Source: Malacoraja senta
Lineage: Eukaryota
Direction: 5' to 3'
Length of the DNA: 64,000 nucleotides
NCBI GenBank assembly: GCA_038087875.1
Contig: JAXLNO010000385.1
Coordinates: 434,001 to 498,000, forward strand
Shown one piece after another: positions 42,566 to 55,652 of this stretch. Position numbers and translations under genes: made by a program. Under the pieces are notes generated by a model that was not told where the DNA came from, did no database searches, and saw only the letters and a program-made list of their open reading frames with translations. Every line of letters begins with the position of its first letter. Within the stretch, counting starts at the first letter, position 1.

Positions 42566-43850
42566 ACTAAAACTGTCATCTTGTCCTCTTCCGGATTGCG
42601 CTGTATTTACATTTACGCAAAGACGGTCCCCGATAACGCTACGATCTCCCCGCCTTACTCGCCGTTCCTCTGTGCTTCAAGCGCACTAAGGTTACTGCCG
42701 ATCGGTGGAATATTACAAAAGTTACGAAGATTTTAAATTCGTAAGATCAGCACATTGGTCTTCTCTCCTGTTACTCGCCGGAAAGGCAACGCCTCTTCCG
42801 GCACCCGCTGCCAATCACCGGGCTGAGTCCGTAAGCCGCGCTGAGTCCCGCAGGCGCCGCGCCCCGAAGTCGTCTCACCCAGATGCCGGTGAGCCCAGAA
42901 GCCGGCCCGGAGCCGTCCCGAAGCCGGGGAACCCGTATATGCCCCCCTGTCGGGGAAACCCGGAGGCAGCCCGGATTGCGGAGGGGCCCGGAGCCTGGCC
43001 GACTGCTGCAACCTCGAGATCGTGGGGAAGTGAGGAGTGAGTGTGGGGGGATTGAAGAAGCCGGGGAGGAGGGTCGGCAACACCCCCCACCCCGTCCCCT
43101 CTCACACCCCCCCCCCAGCGGTAGGCCACCGGCCCCCATCTGAAGCCGTCGCACTCCCCATCCCCAGCTGCAGGATTAGCCCAAGAAAATTCGATTGGGC
43201 CTACAATGTCTGTACTAGCCCTCCAGTACGAATCCCTTCGGCCCACAACAACAATACTAGCCAACACCTATCAAGCCACCCACTCTGACCCCGCCTGAAG
43301 CCGCCCCCCCTCCCGCCGCCCGCTTCCGCCTGAAGCCGTCCCCATCCTCGGGGTGGAGCATCCTGCAGCCGGGGAAGGGGGCGGCTTCAGGCGGGCGCTG
43401 TCGGGGGCCAATGGACGAGGGAGAGCGTCCTACAGCCGGGGGAGTGGGCGGCTTCTATCGGGGGTTGTCGAGGGCCTGTGGGGGGGGAGGCGCGGGAAGC
43501 GTCCTGCAGCAGGAGGAGGGAACGGCTTCAGGCGGGGGTTGGCGGGGGACGGTGGTGGCGGGAGCTTTCTGCAGCCGGAGGAGGCTTTCTGCAGGGCTAG
43601 TACGGGTATTGTTGTCCGGATGGACCGGTTTCCAGAGGGCTAGTAGGACATTGTGGACCTGATGGACTTTTATTACGGGTGTTGTGGGACGAATGGATTG
43701 CAGCTGGGGACGGGGTCGGCTTCAGGCAGGGGGCTGGCGGGGAGCGTCCTGCAGCCGGGGGACGGGGACGGCTTCAGGCGGGGGCTGCCGGCGGTCGCTG
43801 CCGTGGCCTACCGCTGCCCTCGCCTACCGCTGCTGCTGCCGTGGCCTGTC
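42560..43850 (+). mobile_element. Helitron-like 5' region with GC-rich minisatellite that inverts at ~43350
   Basis: CTATCACTAAAACTGTCATCTTGTCCTCTTCCGG start, homologous to 11165 onward. Confidence 0.6.
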
Positions 43851-44955
43851 TCTGTACTCCACAGTTTGAGATTTGTAATAGAAAAAAATCACATGTGGTT
43901 AAAGTGCACATTGTCAGGTTTTATTAAAGGGTATTTTTATGCATTTTGATTTCAACATGTAGAACTTGCAGCTGTGTTTATGCATAGTCCGTCCATTTCA
44001 AGGCACCATAATGTTTGCGACACACGGCGTTTGGAATTGCTCGGGTGTGTTTAATTGCCTCCTTCGGACGATAGCTAAAATAAAACAATTCCTACACTTT
44101 GATGACCTCGAAAAGATTATCCACACATTTATCTCCTCCAGCCTAGATTACTGCAACTCCCTTTACACTGGCATCAGCCAATCTTCCCTGTCCCGCCTGC
44201 AACTGGTCCAAAACGCCGCAGCGAGACTCCAGACGGGCACCCGAAAAAGGGACCACATCACCCCGATCCACTGGCTCCCTGTACGGTTCCGTATACATTT
44301 CAAGATCCTCCTCTATGTCTATAAAGCCCTCAATGGGCTTGCCCCCACCTACATTAAAAGTCTTCTCACCCACCACTCCACCTCCAGGTCCCTCAGATCG
44401 GTCGACTTGGTGTTGCTGAATATCCCGCGGTCTAGGCATCAGCTCAGGGGCGACCGCGCGTTTGCGGTTGCAGCTCCTAGACTGTGGAACAGCATCCCCC
44501 TTCCCATCAGAACTGCCCCCTCCATCGACCCCTTTAAGTCAAGACTAAAAACTTATCTGTACTCCAAGCCTTTCTTGACGTCCTCTGAGCGACGGCTATA
44601 TGTATATATGTATGTAGTTTGTTTGTTTATACTATTCTTATAACAAATGTAAAGCACTTTGGCCAACGAGAGTTGTTTTTTAAATGTGCTATATAAATAA
44701 ATGTGACTTGACTTGACTTGACTTGACTTAATGTAGGCATAAGAGTGCTCTCAGCACCTAGTCTTTCCTCCAGTCTTTCCATCACCTTTGGACACTTTTA
44801 TTGCTGTTTATCAACATGAGGACCAAAGTTGTGCCAATGAAAGTCAAAGAAGCCATTATGAGACTGAGAAACAAGAATAAAACGTTTCCAGACATCAGTC
44901 AAACCTTAGGCTTACTAAAATCAACTGTTTCGAACATCATTAAGAAGAGAGAAAG
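43851..44955 (+). mobile_element. Tc1-like DNA transposon 5' remnant, interrupted by L2
   Basis: ATG at 44816: MRTKVVPMKVKEAIMRLRNKNKTFPDISQTLGLLKSTVSNIIKK (paired-like HTH), then truncated. Confidence 0.8.
44062..44729 (+). mobile_element. 5'-truncated L2 LINE
   Basis: LDYCNSLYTGISQSSLSRLQLVQNAAARL..; (GACTT)n tail. Confidence 0.92.
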
Positions 44956-45220
44956 TATTGTTATTTTTTACCACAGCCCTGTGCAACAAGATATAGGCTG
45001 CCTGGACTGCCCGAGACCTCGACGCACTTGGCAGGTTGATCCTCCGTTGCTATCTAGGGAGTACTTCAAAATATATATTTCTCAACAAATAGACACCTTT
45101 ATGGAAATTAATAAAACACCGGTCATGCACTTGGCGACTACCTGGGAGGTTCTTTACGCCTGCCTTCGAGGCCAGATAATCTCATATACTGCATGGGAGA
45201 GGAAGAAATATAAACAAATA

Positions 45221-45760
45221 TAGAAACATAGAAAATAGGTGCAGGAGTAGGCCATTCTGCCCTTCGATCCTGCACCGCCATTCACTATGATCATGGCTGA
45301 TCATCCAACTCAGTATCCTGTACCTGCCTTCTCTCCATACCCCCTGATCCCTTTAGCCACAAGGGCCACATCTAACTCCCTCTTAAATATAGCCAATGAA
45401 CTGGCCTCAACTACCTTCTGTGGCAGAGAGTTCCAGAGATTCACAACTCTCTGTGTGAAAAATATTTTTCTCGTCTCGGTCCTAAAAGACTTCCCCTTCA
45501 TCCTTAAACTGTGTGACCCCTTGTCCTGGACTTCCCCAACATCGGGAACAATCTTCCTGCATCTAGCCTGTCCAACCCCTGAAGAATTTTGTAAGTTTCT
45601 ATAAGATCCACCCTCAATCTTCTAAATTCTAGCGAGTACAAGCCGAGTCGATCCAGTCTTTCTTCATATGAAAGTCCTGCCATCCCAGGAATCAGTCTGG
45701 TGAACCTTCTCTGTACTCCCTCTATGGCAAGACTTCTCTGTACTCTCTCTATGGCAAGAA
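45221..45760 (-). mobile_element. CR1 LINE 3' fragment
   Basis: IEGVQRRFTRLIPGMAGLSYEERLDRLGLYSLE..FFTQRVVNLWNSLP; ~27-bp tandem duplication at its 5' end. Confidence 0.92.
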
Positions 45761-46124
45761 TATGAAAGAACTGTCCCACAGCATAGCGGAAATAGACCGT
45801 TTGTATGCCAATTCGCCAACACCTCAACTTTACAAGGGGAAATAATTACTTGAGACGGAATTTGGCAATTCATCCACCAGAGAAACAAAGCAACTAATTT
45901 TCAAATCCAAGCAGATTTTTTATGAACACGGAGAAAAGGCAGGAAAACTTTTAGCTCACCAGATCAGACAGTCCACAGCCGCCAGTGCTATTCCTGAAAT
46001 TTTAACACCGCCAGGGGCTAAAGACTACTCATCCAGATGCCATCAATGACCAGTTTAAGCAGTTTTATTTTTCTCTCTATGCTTCGGAACCACCCAGTGA
46101 TCTGTCATGTATTCCTGCCTTCTT

Positions 46125-46612
46125 AGTCAAGTCAAGTCACATTTATTTATATAGCACATTTAAAAAACAACTCTCGTTGGCCAAAGTGCTTTACATTTGT
46201 CATAAGAACAGCAAAAACAAAATAAACTACATACATATATACATGTAGCCCTCGCTCAGAGGGCGTCAGGAAAGGCTTGGGAGTATAGATACGTTTTTAG
46301 TCTTGACTTAAAAGAGTCGATGGAGGGGGCAGTTCTGAAGGGAAGAGGGATGCTGTTCCACAGTCTAGAGGCTGCAACCGCAAAGGCGCGGTCGCCCCTG
46401 AGCTCATGCCTAGACCGTGGGATATTCAGCAACCCTAAGTCGATCGATCTGAGGGGCCTGGAGGTGGAATGGTGGGTGAGAAGACTTTTTATGTAGGTGG
46501 GGGCAAGCCCAATGAGGGCTTTGCAGACATGGAGGAGGATCTTGAAGTTTATACGGAACCGCACAGGGAACCAGTGGAGAGAGGCCAGGATCGGGGTGAT
46601 GTGGTCCTTTTT
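46125..46612 (-). mobile_element. L2 LINE 3' fragment
   Basis: (GTCAA)n tail on + strand; TTCTTAG on both sides (probable TSD). Confidence 0.9.
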
Positions 46613-49600
46613 TCTTAGACAGCCTGCACATCCCAGAAATTACTACAGAGGACCAAGCACAAATTGACCGGGAAATATCAAGCGAAGAAATATTACAAGC
46701 AATTAAATCGATGCAGAGCAACAAAGCTCCAGGAGCAGACGGTTTCCCAATTGAAATATACTAAGAATTTGCAATCAAACTGGATCCAACACGTTGGACG
46801 TGTTTCAAGAGAGGCAAATCCTCCTCCTAGACAGATAATTGTGAAATTCCTCGATATCTCTTCAGTGGAATCTATATTGAAAAAAATTACTCATGGGAAG
46901 AATCTGACATATCGTGGGGATAATATTCGATTTTTCCGTGATTACTCCCCGGAGGTCGTCCGGAGAAGGAACTTGTTTTCACAGACAAGAAATACTCTGA
47001 AAGGAATCAGCGATGTGAGATATGGAATTGTTTATCCAGCTAAAATGAAGATTACTCATAATGGCACTGTACGCTCGTTTACATACCTAGAAAAAGCTTT
47101 TAAATACGCAGAGGATATCATAAAGAAAACATCGGGGGAAGCTGTCGACAAGGAAGAAGATTGAACTGTTTAACTTTTAGGACTGGTTAAGATGGCGGAA
47201 TTTTCCAGACAGTTAGCAAGCTTATCTGTCTGGAATGTGTTTGTGACAGTACTGTCCATATTTCACCTTGAATGAATAGTTCAAAGATAAACAAAAGGCG
47301 TTGAAGACACAGAATTAATGAGGGAATGTATAATGGACATGGAACGAGATAAGTTTAGACTATATTAAGGTTAGATAAATTGGAAAGGCATATATACTTA
47401 CAAAACTGAGCTTATGTTGTGTTTTATATTTGTTTCGTTTTTTTGTTTTTTATGCCTCTCCCTGATTTTTTTCTTCGGTTTTCACTGGTGCTGGTTTGAT
47501 AAACTTATATAAGCAAAGATAAGATATGAAACGGTCTGTAGCTTTTTATGAGGATTTACTAAGGAGTTGGAGCTCTATGTATAACATCAACGGAAGTCTA
47601 TACATTTTTGGCCACCTTAGGTGGCCATTCGGTTTTAAGATATATTTTCTTAGATACCTTAAGAACACTTTTTTTTTATCACTATAAAGACTTTTATTCG
47701 CTTACCTTTTTTGTAATCAATTCTATATCACATCTTTCTTTTCTTTTTCTAAGGCACTACACAAGAAGGAGATGCAATATAAATCTAAAAACTTGGGTTG
47801 ACCACGGAACGCCCAGAACTCTGAGGTATTTGGTTGCACCATATGATTCAGGAATACTATTTTGATATATAATGCAAGACGATAGACAAATAAAGAATGG
47901 AAGAATTACATTCTGTAGTTGGAATATAAGGGGTGCCAATGAACCAATTAAGAGGGGTAAACTTTTTGCTCAACTAAAATCTATGAACAGCGACATAATG
48001 TTTTTACAGGAAACTCACACGAAACAACAAACACAAATGAGATTAAAGGCGAAGTGGATAGGTTTAAACATACTATTCGTCATTTACTTCTATATCTAGA
48101 GGTACGGCTATTCTTATTCGAAAAGGTATACCTTTTAATTAAAGAATACTATATCAGATAAAGAGGGAAGGTATATTATAGTTTCGGGAGAAATTTAAGC
48201 AACCCCACTAACTATGATAAATATTTACGCTCCGAATTTTGACAACCCCAATTTTTAAAATAAAATTATAGATGTAATATCAGAGTTTAATTACCAGAAT
48301 GTGATAATGGGGGGGGAATTCAATTGTGTTTTAGATTCATATCTAGACAAATCAGTAAAACAAAAGAGGAGTAATTTAAAATCTAAGACTAGTGAACTTT
48401 TAAATACATATATAAAAAATACTAATATAACAGATGTATGGAGATCTGCTAATCCAGTTGGAAGGGAATACTCGTTTTACTCTCCGGTACATAAAACTTA
48501 TTCAAGAATTGATTATTTTTTAGTGGATATGAAATTAATGCCATATACAATTAATCCAACATACCACATTAGTAGTATTTCTGATCACTCTCCATTGACA
48601 TTTTCAGTAAAATTCGAGGGAATGCCGGGTAAAAAAACGTTGGAGGTTTAATACACATATTTTAAATGACATACAAGGTTATCAATATTTAAAACAACAA
48701 ATGAAACTTTTTTTTGATACAAATGATATACCAGGTACTTCGCCTTCTTTATTATGGGAAACTTTTAAGGCATTTATCAGAGGAATTATAATTTCATATC
48801 AAATTATTCAAAATAAAAAGAATAAGACAGAACAAATGTTATTAGAACAAGAAATTAGACAGTTAGAGTTAGATAATGCTAAAGATTCCACTATAGATAA
48901 ACATAATCAGATAATATTACTGAAATTTAAACGTAATCGAATTTTATCGGCAAGAGTAATAAGATTATTCCAAATTACAAAACAGGAACATTTTGAGTTT
49001 GGTGACAAACCACATAAGCTTCTCGCTCGTCAATTGAAAAAAGAAGAAAAAGAAAATATTATAACTAAAATTAAATCAGAGAAAGGTGAATTACTAATAC
49101 TACCTAAACATATTAATAAAATATTTGCTCAATTTTATCAAAATTTATGTACATCTAAAACTAAAATAGAAGATAGTAAAATTTTTAAAAATTTAGACAA
49201 CTGTAAATCTTCAAAAACTTGACCTTTTGGAACAAGAGGAACTTGGAGCTCAAATTACAATCGAAGAAATAGGTGAAACAATAAAATCGTTGAAAAATGG
49301 TAAGACACCGGGACCAGATGTTTTTTGGTAATGAATTTTATAAAAAATGTCATGAGATAACGACTCCTTATTTATTTAATTTATATACTCACGCTTTTAA
49401 AGAAAATAAACTTCCTGAAACATTAGCAGAATCAACTATTACGCTTATTCAAAAAAAAGATAACGATTTAGAGGATCCGGGCTCATATAGAGCTATATCA
49501 CTTTTAAATACAGACCAGAAAATTTTAGCAAAGACATTAGCAAGAAGATTAAGCAAATATATTAGTAAATTGATTAACCCTGATCAAACGGGGTTTATAC

Positions 49601-50919
49601 CCAAAAGATATTCATTTAATAATTTGAGACGCCTGTTTAATATAATGTACTCACATGAAGTGGAGGAAGTAGATATATCAATTATTTCTCTGGACGCAGA
49701 GAAAGCATTTGATCAGGTAGAGTGGCAGTACTTATACAAAGTATTGCAAAAAATTAATATGGGAGAGAATTTTATTACATGTGTAAAATTATTATATGAT
49801 AAACCGATGACAAGAATAATGACTAATCATATGTTATCTCAAAAAATGCAATTATCAAGGGGTAATTGGCAGGGATGTGCGTTATCACCCCTGCTATTTG
49901 CCCTTATGATAGAACCTTTGGCTGAAGGTATAAGAATTCATCCGAATATTCAGGGCTATAATACTAGGGACTCAAATAATAAAATTTCATTATATGTAGA
50001 TGATATAGTTTTATATATTACAAAATCACAAACGAGCATACCAAATGTATTAAACTTAATAGAGGAATTTGGGTCATTTTCTGGATATAGAATAAATTGG
50101 AATAAAAGTGAAATTATGACGTTAAAACCTCAAGAATCTACACACTTACTGAAGTTCCCCTTTAAAATAGCAACAGAAAAATTTAAATATTTGGGTATTC
50201 AGAATACTAGAAAACATAAAAGCATTATTCAATGCTAATTTTATACCTTTATTAAACAAACTTAATATTCTGATTAAATTTTGGAAAACACTTCCTTTAT
50301 CATTAATAGGTAGAATCAATGCTATAAAAATGACCTTTCTACCACAATTATTATACCTATTTCAGTCTATACCAGGATATATACCAAAATATGTTTTTAA
50401 TTAATTAGACTCTAAACGTACTAATTTGATTTGGGATTATATATCACATAGAATTAAAAAAAACACTTATGTAAACCAAAAGATGTCGGGGACTTTCACT
50501 TCCGAACTTTTTGTATTATTATTGGGCAGTGCATATTAAGAATATAATTTATTGGTTGGACAGTTCTACTCAACAGACAGAATGGATAAAAATGGAGAAA
50601 GAGGATTTTTTCCTTTGAAATATAGGAACGATCCTCTTCTCCCCGAAAAAACGGAACAATACAATATATAAGAAGAACCCAATTATACATGATACAATAA
50701 GAATATGGAAACAAATAAAACTATCCTTATAATTAAGAAATGTATCATTGTTAATGCCAATAGCGAATAATCCTTTATTTAAACCATCTCTTATTGACAA
50801 AACATATAATCTATGGGAAAGTTTAGGAATTAAAAGGATCGGGGATATGTATGAAATGGGAAATCTGTAATCATTCCAACAATTACAATTAAAATGTAAA
50901 CTGAAAAATAACCAATATT

Positions 50920-52275
50920 TTTTAATTTAAACTTTATTTAACCAGGAGAAGTCTCATTGAGGTTAAAAATCTATTTTACAAGAGAGTCCTGGCCAAGACA
51001 GGCAGCAGCACAGTTCCACAGTTACAGACAATAATTTAAAAACAACAGAGAACATATAAATAGAGTCACAGTCAGAATATCATCAAACAAAGCATGTACA
51101 GACAGAAGAGCCTGCTTCAACATCATTAAGAAGGGATTTAAATCTGTTTATAGAAACCAGCTCCTTAAGTTTCAGTTCATTCTGCAGCTGGTTCCATGCA
51201 AAGGGAAGCAGCATAACTAAATGCCCTTTTCCCCAGTTCAGTACGGACTTTAGGTACAGTTAGTAAGAACAAGTCCTCAGAGCGGAGCTGATAAGTTCCT
51301 GTGCTTTTTCGAATTATATACTTCTGCAGGTATGAAGGAAGAACACCGAGGATAGTCTTATAAATAAGGATATGCCAATGATGGAGTCTGCGGGTGGACA
51401 GGGGAAACCATCCAACTTGAGCATACAAAGAGCAGTGGTGCGTGAGGGTTTTAAAATTAGTAACAGATCTCAGTGCTCCGTGGTAGATCGTGTCCAAAGA
51501 CTGTAGGCATTTTGAAGACGCATTCATATATAAAACATCACCATAGTCCAACACAGACATAAACGTTGCAGCAACGAGTCTTGTTTTGGCTTCAAAAGAA
51601 AAACAAGACTTGTTTCTAAGGTAAAAACCTAATTTTATCTTTAGTTTTTTCACATGTTGCTGGATATGAGGTTTAAAAGAGAGAGAATCGTCAATTATAA
51701 TTCCCAGATATTTATATTGAGACACAGATTCAACCACAGTGCCCTGCAAAGTGGTGATAGGAGGGAGGTCCGAGGGCTTTGATTTAGCTTTAGTGAATAG
51801 CATGAGCTTTGTCTTGCCAAAATTTAAAACAAGTTTTAAATCACACAGGTTACGTTGTACAGTCAAAAGCAGTTTGGAGCTGACAGAGAGCCTGATTTGG
51901 GGTAGACGCAGAGCAATATATCACTGTGTCGTCAGCATAAAAGTGAAAATTTGCGTTCGGAGCTTTATGATCTAGACTATTAATATAAATAGTAAATAAT
52001 AAAGGGCCTAGAACCGATCCCTGTGGCACACCCTTGGATACATTAAGAGAGCTAGAAGTAATACCTTCTGCTCGCACACACTGGGATCTGCCTGATAGAT
52101 AGTTTTAAACCAACAGACAGCTTGATCAGACAAACCGAAGCTGCATAGTCTTTGTAACAATAAGGCATGATCCACAGTATAGAAAACCTTTGATAGGTCA
52201 ACGAAAAGGGCTGCACAGTGTTGCTTATTGTCTAAAAATTCAATAAAATCATTTACTACTTTTAAAGCAGCTGTA
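50920..52275 (-). mobile_element. 5'-truncated CR1/L2-group LINE inserted antisense in L1 ORF2
   Basis: [38 protein letters not shown]; tail CCTGGTTAAATAAAGTTTAAATTAAAAAA. L1 reads NNQYF before and ICDFMKKY after. Confidence 0.9.
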
Positions 52276-55012
52276 GATCTGCGACTTCATGAAGAAATAC
52301 ATACAAAGATATCAAAACATAACTTTAGACCCACTGGAAGAAGCAATGAATATTAAGGCTGACACAGAAATTAATATCATATTTATATAATAGTATTTTA
52401 AATATAGAACTACCATCGACAGAGGCACTTCTAGAAGAGTGGGAACGAGAATTAATGATAAAAATTACGCAGGAAACATGGGAAAAGTATTTGATATATA
52501 TTCACAAATGTTCGATTAATGTAAGACATAATTTAATTCAATTTAAAATTTTACATAGATTATATTATTCAAAAACTAGGTTGAATAAATTTTATCTAAA
52601 TACCTCCCCCATTTGTGATAAATGTCTATCCCAAAATGCAAATATAACACACTCTTTTGTTTCCTGCATTAAACTTTATAAATTCTGGAGTGATATTTTT
52701 TAAATATTTCCAAAATTATTCAAGATAAAAATGGAACCTAATACTGAAATGGTTATATTTGGAGTAATGGAAGATGGGAACAAATTGAACTCATCTCAAA
52801 ATTTATTTTTTAATTATGGGTTAATAACGGCAAAAAAACTTATACTTAAATTTTGGAAAAATACACCCATACCAACGCTTAAAATGTGGATTTCAAACAT
52901 GTTGGACACCGCACATCTTGAGGAAATGCGATTCCTCCTAATAGATAAATCAGACCAATTCTTAACGAGTTGGTCTCCATTTGTCGATTTTGTGGAAGCA
53001 TATGGTGCAACAAAATCGAGAAGCTAATTGTTTCAGGACTAGGTGAGGGATGGTCAAGAATATAGATAACGATCTCCTTAATTTCTTACTTTCTAATCTT
53101 TCTCTTTCTATCTTCTTTTCTTCATTTTGCTTCTTTCACCCTTTTTTCCTTTTCACACACTATTTATCACACGTTTTTCTATCTTTTATTTATTCTCTCT
53201 TTTTCTTTTGCATTATTTAAAAAAAATATATGAAGCTGTACATAAAATGTAACGTGTAAATATATAAAAATATATATAAAACATCACCATAGTCCAACAC
53301 AGACATAAACGTTGCAGCAACGAGTCTTTTTTTGGCTTCAAAAGAAAAACAAGACTTGTTTCTAAAGTAAAAACCTAATTTTATCTTTAGTTTTTTCACA
53401 AGTTGCTGGATATGAGGTTTAAAAGAGAGAGAATCGTCAATTATAATTCCCAGATATTTATATTGAGACACAGATTCAACCACAGTGCCCTGCAAAGTGG
53501 TGATAGGAGGGAGGTCCGAGGGCTTTGATTTAGCTTTAGTGAATAGCATGAGCTTTGTCTTGCCAAAATTTAAAACAAGTTTTAAATCACACAGGTTACG
53601 TTGCACAGTCAAAAGCAGTTTGGAGCTGACAGAGAGCCTGATTTGGGGTAGACGCAGAGCAATATATCACTGTGTCGTCAGCATAAAAGTGAAAATTTGC
53701 GTTCGGAGCTTTATGATCTAGACTATTAATATAAATAGTAAATAATAAAGGGCCTGGAACCGATCCCTGTGGCACACCCTTGGATACATTAAGAGAGCTA
53801 GAAGTAATACCTTCTGCTCGCACACACTGGGATCTGCCTGATAGATAGTTTTAAACCAACAGACAGCTTGATCAGACAAACCGAAGCTGCATAGTCTTTG
53901 TAACAATAAGGCATGATCCACAGTATAGAAAACCTTTGATAGGTCAACGAAAAGGGCTGCACAGTGTTGCTTATTGTCTAAAAATTCAATAAAATCATTT
54001 ACTACTTTTAAAGCAGCTGTAGATCTGCGACTTCATGAAGAAATACATACAAAGATATCAAAACATAACTTTAGACCCACTGGAAGAAGCAATGAATATT
54101 AAGGCTGACACAGAAATTAATATCATATTTATATAATAGTATTTTAAATATAGAACTACCATCGACAGAGGCACTTCTAGAAGAGTGGGAACGAGAATTA
54201 ATGATAAAAATTACGCAGGAAACATGGGAAAAGTATTTGATATATATTCACAAATGTTCGATTAATGTAAGACATAATTTAATTCAATTTAAAATTTTAC
54301 ATAGATTATATTATTCAAAAACTAGGTTGAATAAATTCTATCTAAATACCTCCCCCATTTGTGATAAATGTCTATCCCAAAATGCAAATATAACACACTC
54401 TTTTGTTTCCTGCATTAAACTTTATAAATTCTGGAGTGATATTTTTTAAATATTTCCAAAATTATTCAAGATAAAAATGGAACCTAATACTGAAATGGTT
54501 ATATTTGGAGTAATGGAAGATGGGAACAAATTGAACTCATCTCAAAATTTATTTTTTAATTATGGGTTAATAACGGCAAAAAAACTTATACTTAAATTTT
54601 GGAAAAATACACCCATACCAACGCTTAAAATGTGGATTTCAAACATGTTGGACACCGCACATCTTGAGGAAATGCGATTCCTCCTAATAGATAAATCAGA
54701 CCAATTCTTAACGAGTTGGTCTCCATTTGTCGATTTTGTGGAAGCATATGGTGCAACAAAATCGAGAAGCTAATTGTTTCAGGACTAGGTGAGGGATGGT
54801 CAAGAATATAGATAACGATCTCCTTAATTTCTTACTTTCTACTCTTTCTCTTTCTATCTTCTTTTCTTCATTTTGCTTCTTTCACCCTTTTTTCCTTTTC
54901 ACACAGTATTTATCACACGTTTTTCTATCTTTTATTTATTCTCTCTTTTTCTTTTGCATTATTTAAAAAATATATATGAAGCTGTACATAAAATGTAACG
55001 TGTAAATATATA
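51527..55012 (+). repeat. Tandem duplication with 1746-bp period
   Basis: ORF pairs 51739/53485, 52455/54201 and 52731/54477 are all offset by 1746. Confidence 0.96.
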
Positions 55013-55087
55013 TTAGGCACCTTGGTGCCATAGTCCTGTACTTACTTCTAATAAAATAATTTAAAAAAATTAAAAAATAAAAGATTA

Positions 55088-55521
55088 GGACATTTTTCCT
55101 GTGGAATCCACAAGCGCCTTATCTGGATATTTCATGCATTATTTCTCGAGTTGGCACAGATAATGTTCAAAAATATGACAACAACTTTGAATTTAAAAAC
55201 GACTGCCTTTCGCTGATGACGTCGCAATGGGTCTGCTCCGCGCCGTTCTTCGACACGCTGCGAGTGACGTCACCCACACCCCCCCCCCCACCCGACCTCG
55301 ACCTCCCGGTTATTCAAAAGACGCAGAAAGAACGAGCAAGTCGGGCCGTGTACTGGAGCTGCAGAGCCGCCGAGCTGCCTCTGCCATCTCTGTGCCTCTG
55401 CCCTATCTCTCTCTGTGCGTCTGCTCTCTCACTCTGCGCCTCTGCCCTATCTCTCTCTGTGCGTCTGCCCTCTCTCTCTGCGCCTCTGCCCTCTCTCTCT
55501 CTGTGCCTCTGCCCTATCCCC

Positions 55522-55552
<31 letters not shown>

Positions 55553-55584
55553 TCTGTGCCTCTGCCCTATCTCTCTAAGCCTCT

Positions 55585-55652
<68 letters not shown>

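Larger units (their letters stand above)
44956..46790 (+). mobile_element. Older L1 ORF2 fragment in three pieces (44956-45220, 45761-46124, 46613-46790)
   Basis: HSP..W..LRGQIISY; FYEHGEKAGKLLAHQIR; ISSEEILQAIKSMQSNKAPGADGFPIE. Confidence 0.85.
46790..55080 (+). mobile_element. 5'-truncated, disrupted L1 LINE: ORF1 C-terminus (to 47164), spacer, ORF2 from 47872, 3' UTR, AATAAA/A-rich tail
   Basis: ORF1 PRQIIVKF..IRFFRDYS..YPAKMKI. Endonuclease SWNIRG, FLQETH, YSRIDYF, SDHSP. RT YRAISLLN, LDAEKAFD, QGCALSPLLF, LYVDD. C-terminal CDKC..H..C. Many frameshifts and stops. Confidence 0.93.

Noticed and set aside
44801..45223. Apparent Tc1-HTH/L1 fusion protein; likewise chimeric ORF 46664-47164
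   Set aside because: Chance in-frame junctions of truncated elements; no sign of a functional gene.
47872..53027. Active L1 ORF2
   Set aside because: Multiple frameshifts and stops, YVDD motif, an internal insertion and no 5' end.
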